Origin: a virus
Taxonomy: Duplodnaviria; Caudoviricetes
Virus record (IMG/VR): IMGVR_UViG_3300017917_001910
Span: 32,001 to 96,000 of that record
Direction: 5' to 3' (one strand)
Length of the DNA: 64,000 nucleotides
Position numbers and translations under genes: made by a program. Of this stretch, positions 11,035 to 21,427 are shown one piece after another. Each line of letters opens with the position of its first letter. Within the stretch, counting starts at the first letter, position 1. The notes under the pieces were generated by a model, which was given only the letters and a program-made list of their open reading frames with translations, had not been told where the DNA came from and made no database searches.

Positions 11035-11564
11035 TAATTTCTTAAGTATTTTTGTAAGCCAGGCAATTCTTCGTTATATTTACGTACAACTTTAAAGTTA
11101 GTTTGTTCAACGTCAGATTCATTTCCTGTTAATTTCCACGGAAGAGATGTTTTTAAATATAAGAATGGGTCAATTCTACTTCCTATTAAGTTCCATTGTT
11201 TTTTATCAATCTCTATAATTCTGGCATCTACATTATTAGATTTTCTTAGAAAGTAACGAGTTACATATCCTTGGTCATAATCTTGTTTTGATGGTTGTGG
11301 ATAATATTGTTGTGGAGTAGTATAATCTTTAACGTTAGTTTGAGTTAACGTATCATACTTAAAAGAAGATTGTGGTTGATATGGTATTAAATATTCAGAA
11401 GTAAATTCGTTATAACTAAAGCCAGTCATTATCATACCATCTTTATAAGTATGATAATACCCTTTAAACTCAGTACCGTCTCGTAACATCCATTCTTTAC
11501 CAGATGTTTTAAGTCCTACTGTTATTTGGTCTTGAGGATAATATATTTTAGGTCTTTTTGCCAT
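11013..11564 (-). CDS. Hypothetical protein, baseplate region
   Basis: 183-aa ORF directly downstream of the hub-like gene. Confidence 0.6.
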   Translation of the reverse strand: MAKRPKIYYPQDQITVGLKTSGKEWMLRDGTEFKGYYHTYKDGMIMTGFSYNEFTSEYLIPYQPQSSFKYDTLTQTNVKDYTTPQQYYPQPSKQDYDQGYVTRYFLRKSNNVDARIIEIDKKQWNLIGSRIDPFLYLKTSLPWKLTGNESDVEQTNFKVVRKYNEELPGLQKYLRNYLELYKK

Positions 11565-11565
11565 T

Positions 11566-13731
11566 TCATGAAATTACTCTATATATAGTTTCTAATTCTG
11601 TTGTCCAATCATTATTTTGTATCATGTGACGAATTTTAGTTACTGTCCAATAAACATTCTTTTCTCGGTATTGTGTTGGTACCCAATTTGTTTTAATAGC
11701 ATTTCCGTATTGAAACCCCTCGATGCCGTCCATTGTTATTTTAAGTTTTATTGGAAATATTGCTGTTTTTAAATTTGATAAACTATATGCACTTATAGCT
11801 GAACCTTTACCTGCTAATACACCGCCTTGTTGAATATTAAACATTTGAAGATATATTGCTCGTACTTGAGATTGCCAACTAGTTAATGAAGTTTGAGTTT
11901 CATTTTTTTCATGTTCAATATTTTCCATAAATGCACCATTAAGTTTAATCAATTCATCTCTTAATTCTTTTAAATTTGAAGATAATTCGTCTGAACTTGC
12001 ATCATTTCCTACATAACTTATCCCCGCTCGAGTATATGTAGCTACTTCCGTTTGAATTGCATCGGGTACAGACGATTCGACGCTCAACCCACGTACTATA
12101 GAACCTTTTACAAATGCAGGAATTGGGCAAGGGTCTAATTTAAGACTTTCACCCTCGTAATTTTGATTTAAAATTTGTATATACTCAGATTTTCCTGATA
12201 TTTTATTTATTGGGCTATCATTTACAGTTAATCTAATATGACCTCCAGTATCAGTTTCTAACTGTTGAAATATACTATTTAAAAATGTAATAATCTTTTT
12301 ATCTGTTAAACTTTTATTATTACTTAATATAGATTTTATTTCTCCATATAAAAAATTAACATTTAGTAAAACTAGATCTGCTATTTTCTGTAAGCCATTT
12401 GCTCGTACAGTTCCCTCGTCAGCACTAACGTTAAAATCGAAGCGTGGTGCAGAATTTCCATTAATTTGCGTAGTAAATGCAAATTTTGAAAAATCTACAG
12501 GCCCCATTCCTATAAAAAATACATTTCCATTAATTTTACATATATCTTCGTCTAAAATATCGCCGGTCTTATCATCAAATCCGTTAAATGTATAATGTGG
12601 TACATCCGTCTTAAAAGCATTATCAAGTTGTAAATTAATTAAATTAATAAAATTTCTTAATGTTATATATGTTACTTTAGTGGCGTCAGTTTTTTCTTCG
12701 ATATCAGCTGTATATCCAAAGCCGCCAAGTAATCCTTCTCCAAGTATTACACTAGCCCATGTTCCAAACGTAAATGATTTTTCTACAGGTAATTCAAATA
12801 TATATGTATTTACTTTATCATATTCAATATCTGGAAGTGTGTTAGTTGAAGTAGAAGTCGAATTTGTAATAGTACTTAAAAATGCATCATATACACTTCT
12901 TTTTTTACATGTGGCTAATGATGTGGGTTCTGTTCCTGCATCATTATCTGTTATATCCATAAGAGTTTTAAATATTTCTTCTAAATGTAATCCTTTTTTA
13001 GCAGTTAAGGTAGTACCATTTCTATCATTTGTACCATGTTGATCTAAATCAAATCCATATGTCATTGATGATGGTCCTAGAGCATGTAATGTACAGTCCC
13101 AACTTCCATCCTCTTTAGCAGAAAATGTAAAGTTATAAACAGTGCCTCGTATTTTACCTCTATTAACATTTATATTTTCGTTAATTGTCCACCCATATTC
13201 TAATCCAATATCCTGCCCCGGAGTTAAAAAATTTTTAATATATCGGTCCATTTCTCTTACGTCAAATACAGTAAAATTAACAGTAATTCGTAGTATCGAG
13301 CCATATGTTCCATCAGAAGAAATTTCTGCAGAGTTTAATATTGCATCTTTAATTGTACCATTAGAATTTGTATAATTTGGACCATATAAATCTAATATAG
13401 GCGCCATAGGATTTACCATCCTAGATTGTTCTGTATACGTAGTAATTGTTTCAGTTGCAGGTTCAGATGAAGGAGGCCATGGCTGTCCATCGCCTGGTAC
13501 GGTAGGAGTAATAGGCTTTCGAAGCACACCTAATCCTTGACCTTGTATTGTAAATCGTTCATAGGTTTCTTTTTTTAATGATGTAAGTCTTAAGTATGCC
13601 GTTTTTTGATAGTTCCAAGCTAATGTTTCATTATTAATATGACCGTCTGGCCAATAATATTCCTGTCTTCTTTTTAACTCATCTCGGATATCATTACTAA
13701 CATCATTTATAAAATTATAATTTAATGCCAT
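11566..13731 (-). CDS. Putative baseplate hub / tail protein
   Basis: LEYGW...NFTFS..DGSWDCT and C-terminal KLKITMDGIEG...TKIRHMIQNNDWTTELE are hub-like; it follows the tape measure and LysM-like genes. Confidence 0.55.
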   Translation of the reverse strand: MALNYNFINDVSNDIRDELKRRQEYYWPDGHINNETLAWNYQKTAYLRLTSLKKETYERFTIQGQGLGVLRKPITPTVPGDGQPWPPSSEPATETITTYTEQSRMVNPMAPILDLYGPNYTNSNGTIKDAILNSAEISSDGTYGSILRITVNFTVFDVREMDRYIKNFLTPGQDIGLEYGWTINENINVNRGKIRGTVYNFTFSAKEDGSWDCTLHALGPSSMTYGFDLDQHGTNDRNGTTLTAKKGLHLEEIFKTLMDITDNDAGTEPTSLATCKKRSVYDAFLSTITNSTSTSTNTLPDIEYDKVNTYIFELPVEKSFTFGTWASVILGEGLLGGFGYTADIEEKTDATKVTYITLRNFINLINLQLDNAFKTDVPHYTFNGFDDKTGDILDEDICKINGNVFFIGMGPVDFSKFAFTTQINGNSAPRFDFNVSADEGTVRANGLQKIADLVLLNVNFLYGEIKSILSNNKSLTDKKIITFLNSIFQQLETDTGGHIRLTVNDSPINKISGKSEYIQILNQNYEGESLKLDPCPIPAFVKGSIVRGLSVESSVPDAIQTEVATYTRAGISYVGNDASSDELSSNLKELRDELIKLNGAFMENIEHEKNETQTSLTSWQSQVRAIYLQMFNIQQGGVLAGKGSAISAYSLSNLKTAIFPIKLKITMDGIEGFQYGNAIKTNWVPTQYREKNVYWTVTKIRHMIQNNDWTTELETIYRVIS

Positions 13732-13736
13732 ATAAC

Positions 13737-14045
13737 TTATTGATTTTGATTAAAATTATTTATTTGAATAATATATTCTCTAAATTTATTAGGATCTGGT
13801 ATACGTAATTGTTTTCCTTCTTCAATATTTAAAGTTCCTAGTCCTATATTATTAGCAGTTGCTATTATAGGCCATGCAGTTACATCTCCGTAAAATTGAT
13901 TTGCTAATAAATCTAATCTATCAGATGGGTCAGTAATAACATAAATATCATTATCTGATTTGTCAAAAAATGGAACAAACGTAGTTGTATATTTACGTCG
14001 CCCATTTAAATCTTTTATAATTGGAAGGTCTTGATATCTATTCAT
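13737..14045 (-). CDS. LysM / tail protein X-like baseplate protein
   Basis: DRLDLLANQFYGDVTAWPIIATANN...GKQLRIP. Confidence 0.75.
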   Translation of the reverse strand: MNRYQDLPIIKDLNGRRKYTTTFVPFFDKSDNDIYVITDPSDRLDLLANQFYGDVTAWPIIATANNIGLGTLNIEEGKQLRIPDPNKFREYIIQINNFNQNQ

Positions 14046-14072
14046 ATATTAATAAATATCAGAGATAATGTA

Positions 14073-17000
14073 TTATTCTTTTGTTTCTACGTTATAATTA
14101 GCAAATTGACGTCTTCCTCGTAATCCTTCATTTCCCAATGGATATAAATTACCTTGATTATAATGAGTTGAATTTGTAATTCCTTCTGGCGTAGCTATTT
14201 GATCAGATTTGCTAGTTTCACTTTCCGGGCGTGTTTCTCCGAATATTTGCATCGATACTTGAACAGATACTATCATAGGTAATTCCCCAACAGAATTTGA
14301 ATTTAACATCGCACCGCCTCCACCATATACTCCTGAATTACTTAGGTTAATTTCCCATGGAGTTTCATTATCAACTGTATAAGATAATGACTTAATAAAT
14401 GCCGGAGTATTTATAAACCAATTGCCTAAAGTAAATTTAATTAACGGCCCTTTCATTTTAGCATCAGTTTGATATTGTGGTACTGTTGTTTTTGCCAATC
14501 TTTCTAATTGGTCCCACATTAGCATTAAATCCCCTCTAGATAATGCAGCAGCTTTGAATGATATACTTAAACTACGTTCAAAACCTTGATAAATATAAGG
14601 GCTATCTGCTCTTCCTAGGATTTTTACTTCTTGCCAGTTAGGATTAAAATCCTCAGATACATTTTCGATGTAAGCTCTAAATCTAAATCTTTCGTTAGTA
14701 TTTAAATCATGAAACATGAATTTTATAAAATCATCAACAGCTTCTTCATCCGTTTGGTTTATTTGCCAAATTGGATCTGTCATACCAATACTTCCAGGGC
14801 CTTTATAAGTATATTGAAAGTTATCAGAGTCTGGCATTGTCGGTTGAGGATTTGTTAAATCTTTACCACGTTTACCATAATCTGGTACTCGAAGCTTGCT
14901 ACGTTTATGTTGACTTGTTTCTGCATAATTTTGTATAACAGTATTACCATAATCTCCCTCAGTAGGAATCCATTTAGCATTACTATCTGGAGATACTAAT
15001 AAGAAATTTTGTATAGACGTTGTATTAACTAATGAACTTGCTAATATCCTTATATCATCATATCCTAGTGTATAATATTGTTGAGGGTCTCCACTAAGCG
15101 TTGATTTATTTTTAATAGCAAGTTTAGAGGTACCTGAATTATTAAAATTAAATATTCCATTAGGAATTGACTTTGCTACTGCTCCTTTTCCAGCAAATGC
15201 CGAGCCTTCTAATTTTAGACTTAATTCTTTATAATATTTCTTAATATCTTCTATTTCTAAAGGTTCTTCATTATAGATAAATACAGAATTATATATATTT
15301 TCTGTAATTGTTTTTTTATCTTTAGTAGTAAATACAGGCCCCCTTTTAAAGCTGTTATATGTAAATGGTCCTGTACTATTAACAACTCTTCTAATATTTG
15401 TAACTCCAATTCCATATAACGATTGAGGGCCGCCCAATCCAGTACTTATGATATCTATGTTTGAAGGCCTTAAATCAATTAACCTTCTTGTAAGTGAAGT
15501 TAATCGGTTTAATATTAGGCTTTGATTTACTGATTTTATACCTCTTCCAGAAGATGGGTCTATACCTGCAAGGCCAAACATTACACCTGAATATGTTGTT
15601 CTAGGCACAATTGGAACTGCATCTTTTCTAAATCTAAGACCTAAATGCTGCGTTGCTGTATTAGCTAATGAACTTATTAATGTTAACGCGCCATTACCAG
15701 CTCTCTTACCAACTAAAGGATCAGCTTCTGTATTAGGAGCTGAAGCTTGAAGACCTGCTTGACGAGCTATAAATAATAATCCTTTAACAGAAGAAAACCA
15801 TTTTCCAATACGAAGAACATCTACAATAGCTCTTTGAGTAGATGTAACAACACCGCCTCTAATAAACCCATCATCAAATTTCCATGTCTCCCATGGATAA
15901 AATCCTGTTTTTACAAAGTCTTTACGTTGTATACCAGTTAAGATTAATGGTTGATTGAATAAAACTAATCCAGTATTAAATGAATTATCTCTTAAATTAA
16001 ATGAGCTATATAAAATATCTCTAGCTGAGGGAGAATTAGTTCTAAAGAAATATTTTTCTAAAGTATCTCCAGTTATGCCTGTAGATGATATATATGGTGT
16101 ATTACTATTATATACTGTTCTTGTATATTTAGTATTGCCCAGACGATTAGAGAATGTAACCTTTAAAGGCCATTGTTGAGCGCCTTTTATTTTAGTACTA
16201 TCACTTAATCTTCCTTCTCTTACTGTTTTAGGATATGTATATGTATTACCGCTTATTCCTAAGAATGCTGTTTGTCCTTCTTTTTGATTTATTATAAAGC
16301 CTTTAGCTCCAGACGTTAAATCATTAAAATAGTTAAATGATGGCGGATACTTACCTCTATATAATAATCTTAATCTATTTGATACATTTCTAAATCCTAA
16401 GATTTCTTTTCTAGTATCATATATACTGTTTTTATTATCAATTAGTTTTTGAATATATTGACTAATCTTTGCCAACATATTAGGTCTTTGATCTTTATAT
16501 AAACTTAGTTTAAGTAATGCTCGTGGAGATTGATCTTTATATAAACTTAATTTGTCAAGCAATGGAGGTAATTGATCTTTGTATAAACTTAGTTTATCTA
16601 TAATAGCAGGTAATTGATCTTTGTATAAACTAAGCTTAAGTATATCAATTGGTAATTGATTTTTATACAAACTAGTCTTTGTAAGATTTCTCGGAAACTG
16701 TTCTTTGTATTTACTTATTTTATCTTTTAAAATAGTTTTAAGTATTTCTATTGTAGATATGTGTTGAATACCTCTTGGAGTAAATTTTATAAACTCAGAT
16801 ACTTTATTTATTTCTTTTACTCTTTGTTCTTTATATTGCGAAACTTTATTTAAAATAGTATCGCCGAATAATGTAGATATAGCAGGTATTCCTCTATTTC
16901 TTTTTGCATTAATAGAGAATGGTTTATAATCTATTTTTTTAGCGCCTGGCACTTGAATAGACGTAGAATTATCTACTTTATTTATCTTTATATCAGTAGG

Positions 17001-17132
17001 AGGTTTAAGTTCATTAGACGTGCTATAAACAGCTTTTATTGGAGATTCAGAAAGTTTCTTTTTTTCTCCAGCTTCTACTGTTGTCGGCTTACGCCATTGA
17101 GATAAATTTGATTTTAAATCTAGTATTGCCAT
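14073..17132 (-). CDS. Large baseplate / tube-initiator-like protein with an internal 14-aa repeat array
   Basis: C-terminal FRAYIENVSEDFNPNW...GRADSPYIYQGFERSLSISF...FIKSLSYTVD...PWEI is tube-initiator-like; follows the tape measure gene. Confidence 0.55.
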   Translation of the reverse strand: MAILDLKSNLSQWRKPTTVEAGEKKKLSESPIKAVYSTSNELKPPTDIKINKVDNSTSIQVPGAKKIDYKPFSINAKRNRGIPAISTLFGDTILNKVSQYKEQRVKEINKVSEFIKFTPRGIQHISTIEILKTILKDKISKYKEQFPRNLTKTSLYKNQLPIDILKLSLYKDQLPAIIDKLSLYKDQLPPLLDKLSLYKDQSPRALLKLSLYKDQRPNMLAKISQYIQKLIDNKNSIYDTRKEILGFRNVSNRLRLLYRGKYPPSFNYFNDLTSGAKGFIINQKEGQTAFLGISGNTYTYPKTVREGRLSDSTKIKGAQQWPLKVTFSNRLGNTKYTRTVYNSNTPYISSTGITGDTLEKYFFRTNSPSARDILYSSFNLRDNSFNTGLVLFNQPLILTGIQRKDFVKTGFYPWETWKFDDGFIRGGVVTSTQRAIVDVLRIGKWFSSVKGLLFIARQAGLQASAPNTEADPLVGKRAGNGALTLISSLANTATQHLGLRFRKDAVPIVPRTTYSGVMFGLAGIDPSSGRGIKSVNQSLILNRLTSLTRRLIDLRPSNIDIISTGLGGPQSLYGIGVTNIRRVVNSTGPFTYNSFKRGPVFTTKDKKTITENIYNSVFIYNEEPLEIEDIKKYYKELSLKLEGSAFAGKGAVAKSIPNGIFNFNNSGTSKLAIKNKSTLSGDPQQYYTLGYDDIRILASSLVNTTSIQNFLLVSPDSNAKWIPTEGDYGNTVIQNYAETSQHKRSKLRVPDYGKRGKDLTNPQPTMPDSDNFQYTYKGPGSIGMTDPIWQINQTDEEAVDDFIKFMFHDLNTNERFRFRAYIENVSEDFNPNWQEVKILGRADSPYIYQGFERSLSISFKAAALSRGDLMLMWDQLERLAKTTVPQYQTDAKMKGPLIKFTLGNWFINTPAFIKSLSYTVDNETPWEINLSNSGVYGGGGAMLNSNSVGELPMIVSVQVSMQIFGETRPESETSKSDQIATPEGITNSTHYNQGNLYPLGNEGLRGRRQFANYNVETKE
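16455..16850 (-). repeat. In-frame 42-nt (14-aa) tandem repeat, KLSLYKDQxPxxxx
   Basis: GATCTTT(A/G)TATAAACT recurs at about 16490, 16532, 16574 and 16616, with degenerate units on both sides. Confidence 0.85.
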
Positions 17133-19366
17133 TATCCTAATCTATTATATGAATTACCTACACCAGCATTATAACTATTATTCATTGAAATTTTATTTCC
17201 TATTTCTTTAATTGCTGTATTACCTACTACTAAAGAAACATTAACGGTTGGTTGAGAATTTGTTGTACCTGGCTTATTTGGTGTTGCTATTAAACCATCT
17301 CCTGCACTAGTTACTCCAATATTACCTTTTCTATCTGTAATAGTAAATGGTCCATTTGATGCCGGGGCGACGCCATCTTGTACCATTTGGACCGCCCCAA
17401 TAACAGCGCCAGCAGCAACAGCAACTCCAGCAGCAATAGCAAATCCCATTAATCCGCCTGATAATGCTGTTGTTAAACCAGCAGCTGCTATAGCAGCTTT
17501 TAATAATCCGATACCTATTATAACTATTGCAGCACCTATTCCTACTAAAACAGGCCCTAAAAATTTAAACCCTTTAGTCATCATTTCAATTAATGAATTC
17601 ATCTTTTCTTGAGTCGTTAATGCTTCATTATCAGCTTCATATTTCTGTGCTGCTAGATCACCCTCTTTTGCCATTTGAGCTATTCTTTCTTGATGTCCCT
17701 TTAAAGAATGTTGTAATCCCTCTGCAGTTTGATTTTCTGCAGCTGCCATGTCAATATTTAATTTTCTAGCTAATTCTTGTTGAGAAACAAATTTTGCCAT
17801 TTGATCAACATTCATACCTAATGCAGCTGCCGTTGATTGTTTCTCAACACGATTCATTTTTGAATATGAATTATAATCAATTTCTTGCTTAACTAACTCA
17901 TCCATTAAACCATTCATGTCATCTTGTAATGCAAACATTCTGGCTTTATCCATATTAATATTTCTTCCAGTTACTAATTGAGCTGTTACTTGATTCTCGA
18001 TTGATGATTCAATATTTAATAATTGATCTGCAATACCGTTTAAATCTTCTAATGTCGTTCCTAACATTTTAGCTTTCATTACGGCATGAGTTAATTCTGT
18101 ATCGCTGCCTCTAAATTGTATACGTATTGAGTCTGATACTTTAGATACAGCTCGTAATACTGCTGATAATGATTGTGTTGAACCAGTAGCTTTATTAAAT
18201 CCAGTTGCGATTGCAAACACTTCTTTCTTTACAACTTCTGTATCTTTACCAGCTATTTTTGCTGTTCTTTGAAAGTTAGATGCATCTTCTGCTTGAAGTC
18301 CATAAGCTTTAGTTAATTTAACTTGCTGGTCAACTAACGTTTCATTTTCTGCTCCATATGTACCAAAATCATCTACTAGTTCTGCAGAAGCTTTTCTAGC
18401 TTCTTCCATAGACGTAACCATTGACTTAGAACTAAATAATAAGCGACTTTGCATTGAGTCAACTGCGTTAGATTGCTCATTTGTCAATCCTATAGATCTT
18501 TGTTGATCTTTCATGTCTTGTTCACGCTTCAAAGTCATTTTTAGACCTGTTTTGGCCAATCCTATACCGCCACTTATCAATCCTAAAGCAGGTCCTGCTT
18601 GAAGTTTTGACATAGCATTCATTAAACCTTTATCGTTTCTGAAATATTTGTAAAACTTTGCAGTTAATTTTCTTTGTGCTTTTCGACTCATTAATGTATT
18701 AGCCATAAAGTCTCCAACTAAAGGAATTTTCCTCATATTAGATTCAAGACCAGATACATATTCTTTAGCAGCCGTCATCTGAGCTTTTTTAATTTTATGT
18801 TCTAAATCTAATTGTTTTTGTTTTAATTTAATCTCTATTTCATTGAGTTCTATTGAATCTTGTAACGCTCTATTTTTCTCTTTATATTCTTTTTTAAGTT
18901 GTTTTAATAAAGTTTCATTTATTTGTATTTCTCCATCTTTTTCTGTTACTGCTTGTTTTAATAAGTGCTGATACTTATAAGCAAGATTTAATTGTTTCTG
19001 CCCATCTTCAGATATAGTTCTTTCAGCTTTCGCTTTCTTTTTTAAAGATAATAATTGATCATGTAATGAATCTTTAAAGGATTCGTATAATTGTTCTTGC
19101 TTTTCGGCGGCCTTTTTTTGAATGTCTGCAGCCTTTTCTTGAGCGATATTCGCACGTTCTTGTTGACGTATTCTTTGTTCTTCAATAGAAGCTAAACGTT
19201 CTTGAATAGCCAGTTCTCTTTCTATTAAAACTAATTGTCGTTTTTTGGCAGCTTCTTTTTCTTTAGCGCTTTTACGATCATTATCAATAATCGTTTGTTG
19301 TCTGTCAATTTCTAAACGAGTTTCTTCTAATCTATCTTTTACGATATCTTCACGAGATCTAGCCAT
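17132..19366 (-). CDS. Tape measure protein
   Basis: Long helical/coiled protein (LLNIESSIENQVTAQLVTGRNINMDKAR) with an Ala/Gly-rich hydrophobic C-terminal segment, located after the chaperone gene. Confidence 0.75.
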   Translation of the reverse strand: MARSREDIVKDRLEETRLEIDRQQTIIDNDRKSAKEKEAAKKRQLVLIERELAIQERLASIEEQRIRQQERANIAQEKAADIQKKAAEKQEQLYESFKDSLHDQLLSLKKKAKAERTISEDGQKQLNLAYKYQHLLKQAVTEKDGEIQINETLLKQLKKEYKEKNRALQDSIELNEIEIKLKQKQLDLEHKIKKAQMTAAKEYVSGLESNMRKIPLVGDFMANTLMSRKAQRKLTAKFYKYFRNDKGLMNAMSKLQAGPALGLISGGIGLAKTGLKMTLKREQDMKDQQRSIGLTNEQSNAVDSMQSRLLFSSKSMVTSMEEARKASAELVDDFGTYGAENETLVDQQVKLTKAYGLQAEDASNFQRTAKIAGKDTEVVKKEVFAIATGFNKATGSTQSLSAVLRAVSKVSDSIRIQFRGSDTELTHAVMKAKMLGTTLEDLNGIADQLLNIESSIENQVTAQLVTGRNINMDKARMFALQDDMNGLMDELVKQEIDYNSYSKMNRVEKQSTAAALGMNVDQMAKFVSQQELARKLNIDMAAAENQTAEGLQHSLKGHQERIAQMAKEGDLAAQKYEADNEALTTQEKMNSLIEMMTKGFKFLGPVLVGIGAAIVIIGIGLLKAAIAAAGLTTALSGGLMGFAIAAGVAVAAGAVIGAVQMVQDGVAPASNGPFTITDRKGNIGVTSAGDGLIATPNKPGTTNSQPTVNVSLVVGNTAIKEIGNKISMNNSYNAGVGNSYNRLG

Positions 19367-19370
19367 ATTT

Positions 19371-19631
19371 TTATTTAACTCTTAATTCTTTTTTATGAAT
19401 AGCAATTTTATTTTTATGAGTTTCTATCGCTTTCTTATATTTCTCAGTTTTTTTAGATGCGCCGTATTTCTTTTCATATGAATCAACAGTTGCCTGGGCT
19501 TTTCTACGTTGCTTATCAGCAGCTTTAAGAGCCTTTAACACTTCTGGATCTTTTTTCCATTTATTTTTAGCGTCATGATAATTAGGGCCAAATAATGTTC
19601 CTAATACAGTTGCAAATAATCCTCCTAACAT
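19371..19631 (-). CDS. Hypothetical basic protein
   Basis: 86-aa ORF between the chaperone and tape measure genes. Confidence 0.6.
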   Translation of the reverse strand: MLGGLFATVLGTLFGPNYHDAKNKWKKDPEVLKALKAADKQRRKAQATVDSYEKKYGASKKTEKYKKAIETHKNKIAIHKKELRVK

Positions 19632-19671
19632 ACTTTATAGTCTTTTATATTATTAATTATCGTTATACAGT

Positions 19672-19697
19672 AAAAAAGCCCTTTTTATTAGGGCTTT
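19672..19697 (-). terminator. Intrinsic terminator
   Basis: AAAGCCCT-N7-AGGGCTTT followed by a T6 run on the minus strand. Confidence 0.7.
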
Positions 19698-19936
19698 CTT
19701 TTATTGAAGTTTGGTTTAGAAATCTTCGGCATTTTACTTTTTGCTTCTGAAGTTTGTTTTTCAATTTCTTCATTTTCTTTATTAATAAAGTCATTGATTT
19801 GTTTAATATAGAATCTTCGAAGCCACACGGGAAAGGAATACACGCTCTCCCACGTAAATCCTCCTTTGCCATGATATACCAAGTTAAATATCTCGGTATG
19901 CAGAATGGGCCTATAGTTAGGCCCCAGGCCAAAAAA
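19688..19936 (-). CDS. Frameshift-accessed C-terminal extension of the tail assembly chaperone (gpT / T4 gp51-like)
   Basis: This frame opens just upstream of the T7 run and reads FFGLGPNYRPILHTEIFNLVYHGKGGFTWESVYSFPVWLRRFYIK...; it has no in-frame ATG start near its 5' end. Confidence 0.6.
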   Translation of the reverse strand, partial: FFGLGPNYRPILHTEIFNLVYHGKGGFTWESVYSFPVWLRRFYIKQINDFINKENEEIEKQTSEAKSKMPKISKPNFNKRKP

Positions 19937-20771
19937 AGTCCACTCCCACAGGTAAATTTACTTTCCCTTCGTAGAAGCACTCTTGACATAAAAAATCAAC
20001 ATTAAAATCTACACCTGGAGATATAGTTTTAATATGTTCTCTTAAAGCCCTTGAATCCTGAGCAAATAATTCACTATCAACAAAATCACTAATATATTTT
20101 CTATCGTCATTACCATCAACTGCAATAATAATATATTTTAATCTTGTAGTAAGGTCTTTACTAATACCTGATTTATTTGTCTTTTTAAGATTTTCAAGTT
20201 CTAATTGTATTTTCTTTTCATCTCCGTGAGTAAGTAATTTAAATATTACTTCTCTGTTTGAAGCTGGAAGAATAAATTTGAATTCATTTGCATTAATCAT
20301 TTCGGCTTTTTCAATATCAAATTCCTTTTCTTTTAATGTATTTAAATCAAACGATACTTTAGATTCTTTATCACATTCAGGGCAAGTGCAAGTAGCATCA
20401 TACATTTTTCCGTATCCTAAAATTCTCGCAGCAATCATAATAGCATCTTTATCAGCGCCAATTAAATCATTATACTTAATAGGAGTTACGATTAATGCTT
20501 GAAATAATTTGTCTAATACAACACCTTGTTTAATTAATGATTGTGTTGTAAGAATATCTTCTTCAGCAGCAGTCATATATTTTAATTCAATAGTGCCACT
20601 TCTTAATGGAGAATCTTCTGGATATAATAATCCTTTAGATGGTAATGAAATTACTTCTGTTGGGAAATTATGTGTTCTAACTTCTTTTTGCTTGTATTCT
20701 TGAATAATACTGTTTTTTAAATCTTGGATAGATGATTTATCCATTGGATAATTGTCGTTTACTATACTCAT
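19917..20771 (-). CDS. Tail/baseplate assembly chaperone (T4 gp26-like)
   Basis: EVISLPSKG, ELKYMTAAEEDIL, IMIAARILGYG, two CxxC pairs, ends VDFFWPGA. Confidence 0.75.
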   Translation of the reverse strand: MSIVNDNYPMDKSSIQDLKNSIIQEYKQKEVRTHNFPTEVISLPSKGLLYPEDSPLRSGTIELKYMTAAEEDILTTQSLIKQGVVLDKLFQALIVTPIKYNDLIGADKDAIMIAARILGYGKMYDATCTCPECDKESKVSFDLNTLKEKEFDIEKAEMINANEFKFILPASNREVIFKLLTHGDEKKIQLELENLKKTNKSGISKDLTTRLKYIIIAVDGNDDRKYISDFVDSELFAQDSRALREHIKTISPGVDFNVDFLCQECFYEGKVNLPVGVDFFWPGA

Positions 20772-20815
20772 AACGTATTTATTTTATTATAATTATTTAA
20801 GATGAAAGATAGTAA

Positions 20816-21412
20816 TTATACTATTTTTTGTGCCATAGCTTGAATTTCTGATGCCTTTATACCTAACAATCCGCCTTCACCTGCTAATGTAGCTAATGAA
20901 TGTATATCTGGTAAGCCAGAAACAGTTGCAATTGCACAGGCAGATAAGATAGTTAAATATAATCCATGCGCATGTTTGTATAAAAGAGAACTTTTATCCT
21001 CCCAATTTTGAAGGCGGTATTTATCTGGAAATGCGGCTTGTAATAATGAAGCTAATCCAGATATATATGCATCATGTAATTCATGTCCCCATTTTTTAAG
21101 CGTATTACCAAACTTAGTCTCTGCATAAGGATCATTTTTTATATATTTTACTAGATTATTAGTAGCATTTCCTAAAGCTTCTAATATACCTGGTGCGCTA
21201 GCAATTGCCCCGAATGTTAATGCTAATCCTTCTTGTAATTCTTCTTCTTGAGGTTCAATTGTTTTAGCATCTTGTTTAATTGATTGTATAGATTGTTTAA
21301 AGGCTTGAATTAAATCTTCAGATTCGCCTTCCATTAATCTATTATATTCACTTAATGTAATAATTCCAGCTTGTTTTTGAAATCTTAATTTTTCTTTTAA
21401 TGTTAAGCTCAT
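20816..21412 (-). CDS. Hypothetical protein, putative internal head protein
   Basis: N-terminus LRFQKQAGIITLSEY resembles the scaffold C-terminal motif. Confidence 0.6.
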   Translation of the reverse strand: MSLTLKEKLRFQKQAGIITLSEYNRLMEGESEDLIQAFKQSIQSIKQDAKTIEPQEEELQEGLALTFGAIASAPGILEALGNATNNLVKYIKNDPYAETKFGNTLKKWGHELHDAYISGLASLLQAAFPDKYRLQNWEDKSSLLYKHAHGLYLTILSACAIATVSGLPDIHSLATLAGEGGLLGIKASEIQAMAQKIV

Positions 21413-21427
21413 GTTAATATTTATATT

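Noticed and set aside
16455-16850. CRISPR-like regular spacing
   Set aside because: The 42-nt period is in frame and coding, the variable parts are short and related to each other, and no cas genes are present
19663-19989. 108-aa ORF as a -1 frameshift product
   Set aside because: The -1 heptamer is imperfect, the product has no recognisable motif and it runs through the terminator; the +1/-2 frame fits better, though -1 is not formally excluded
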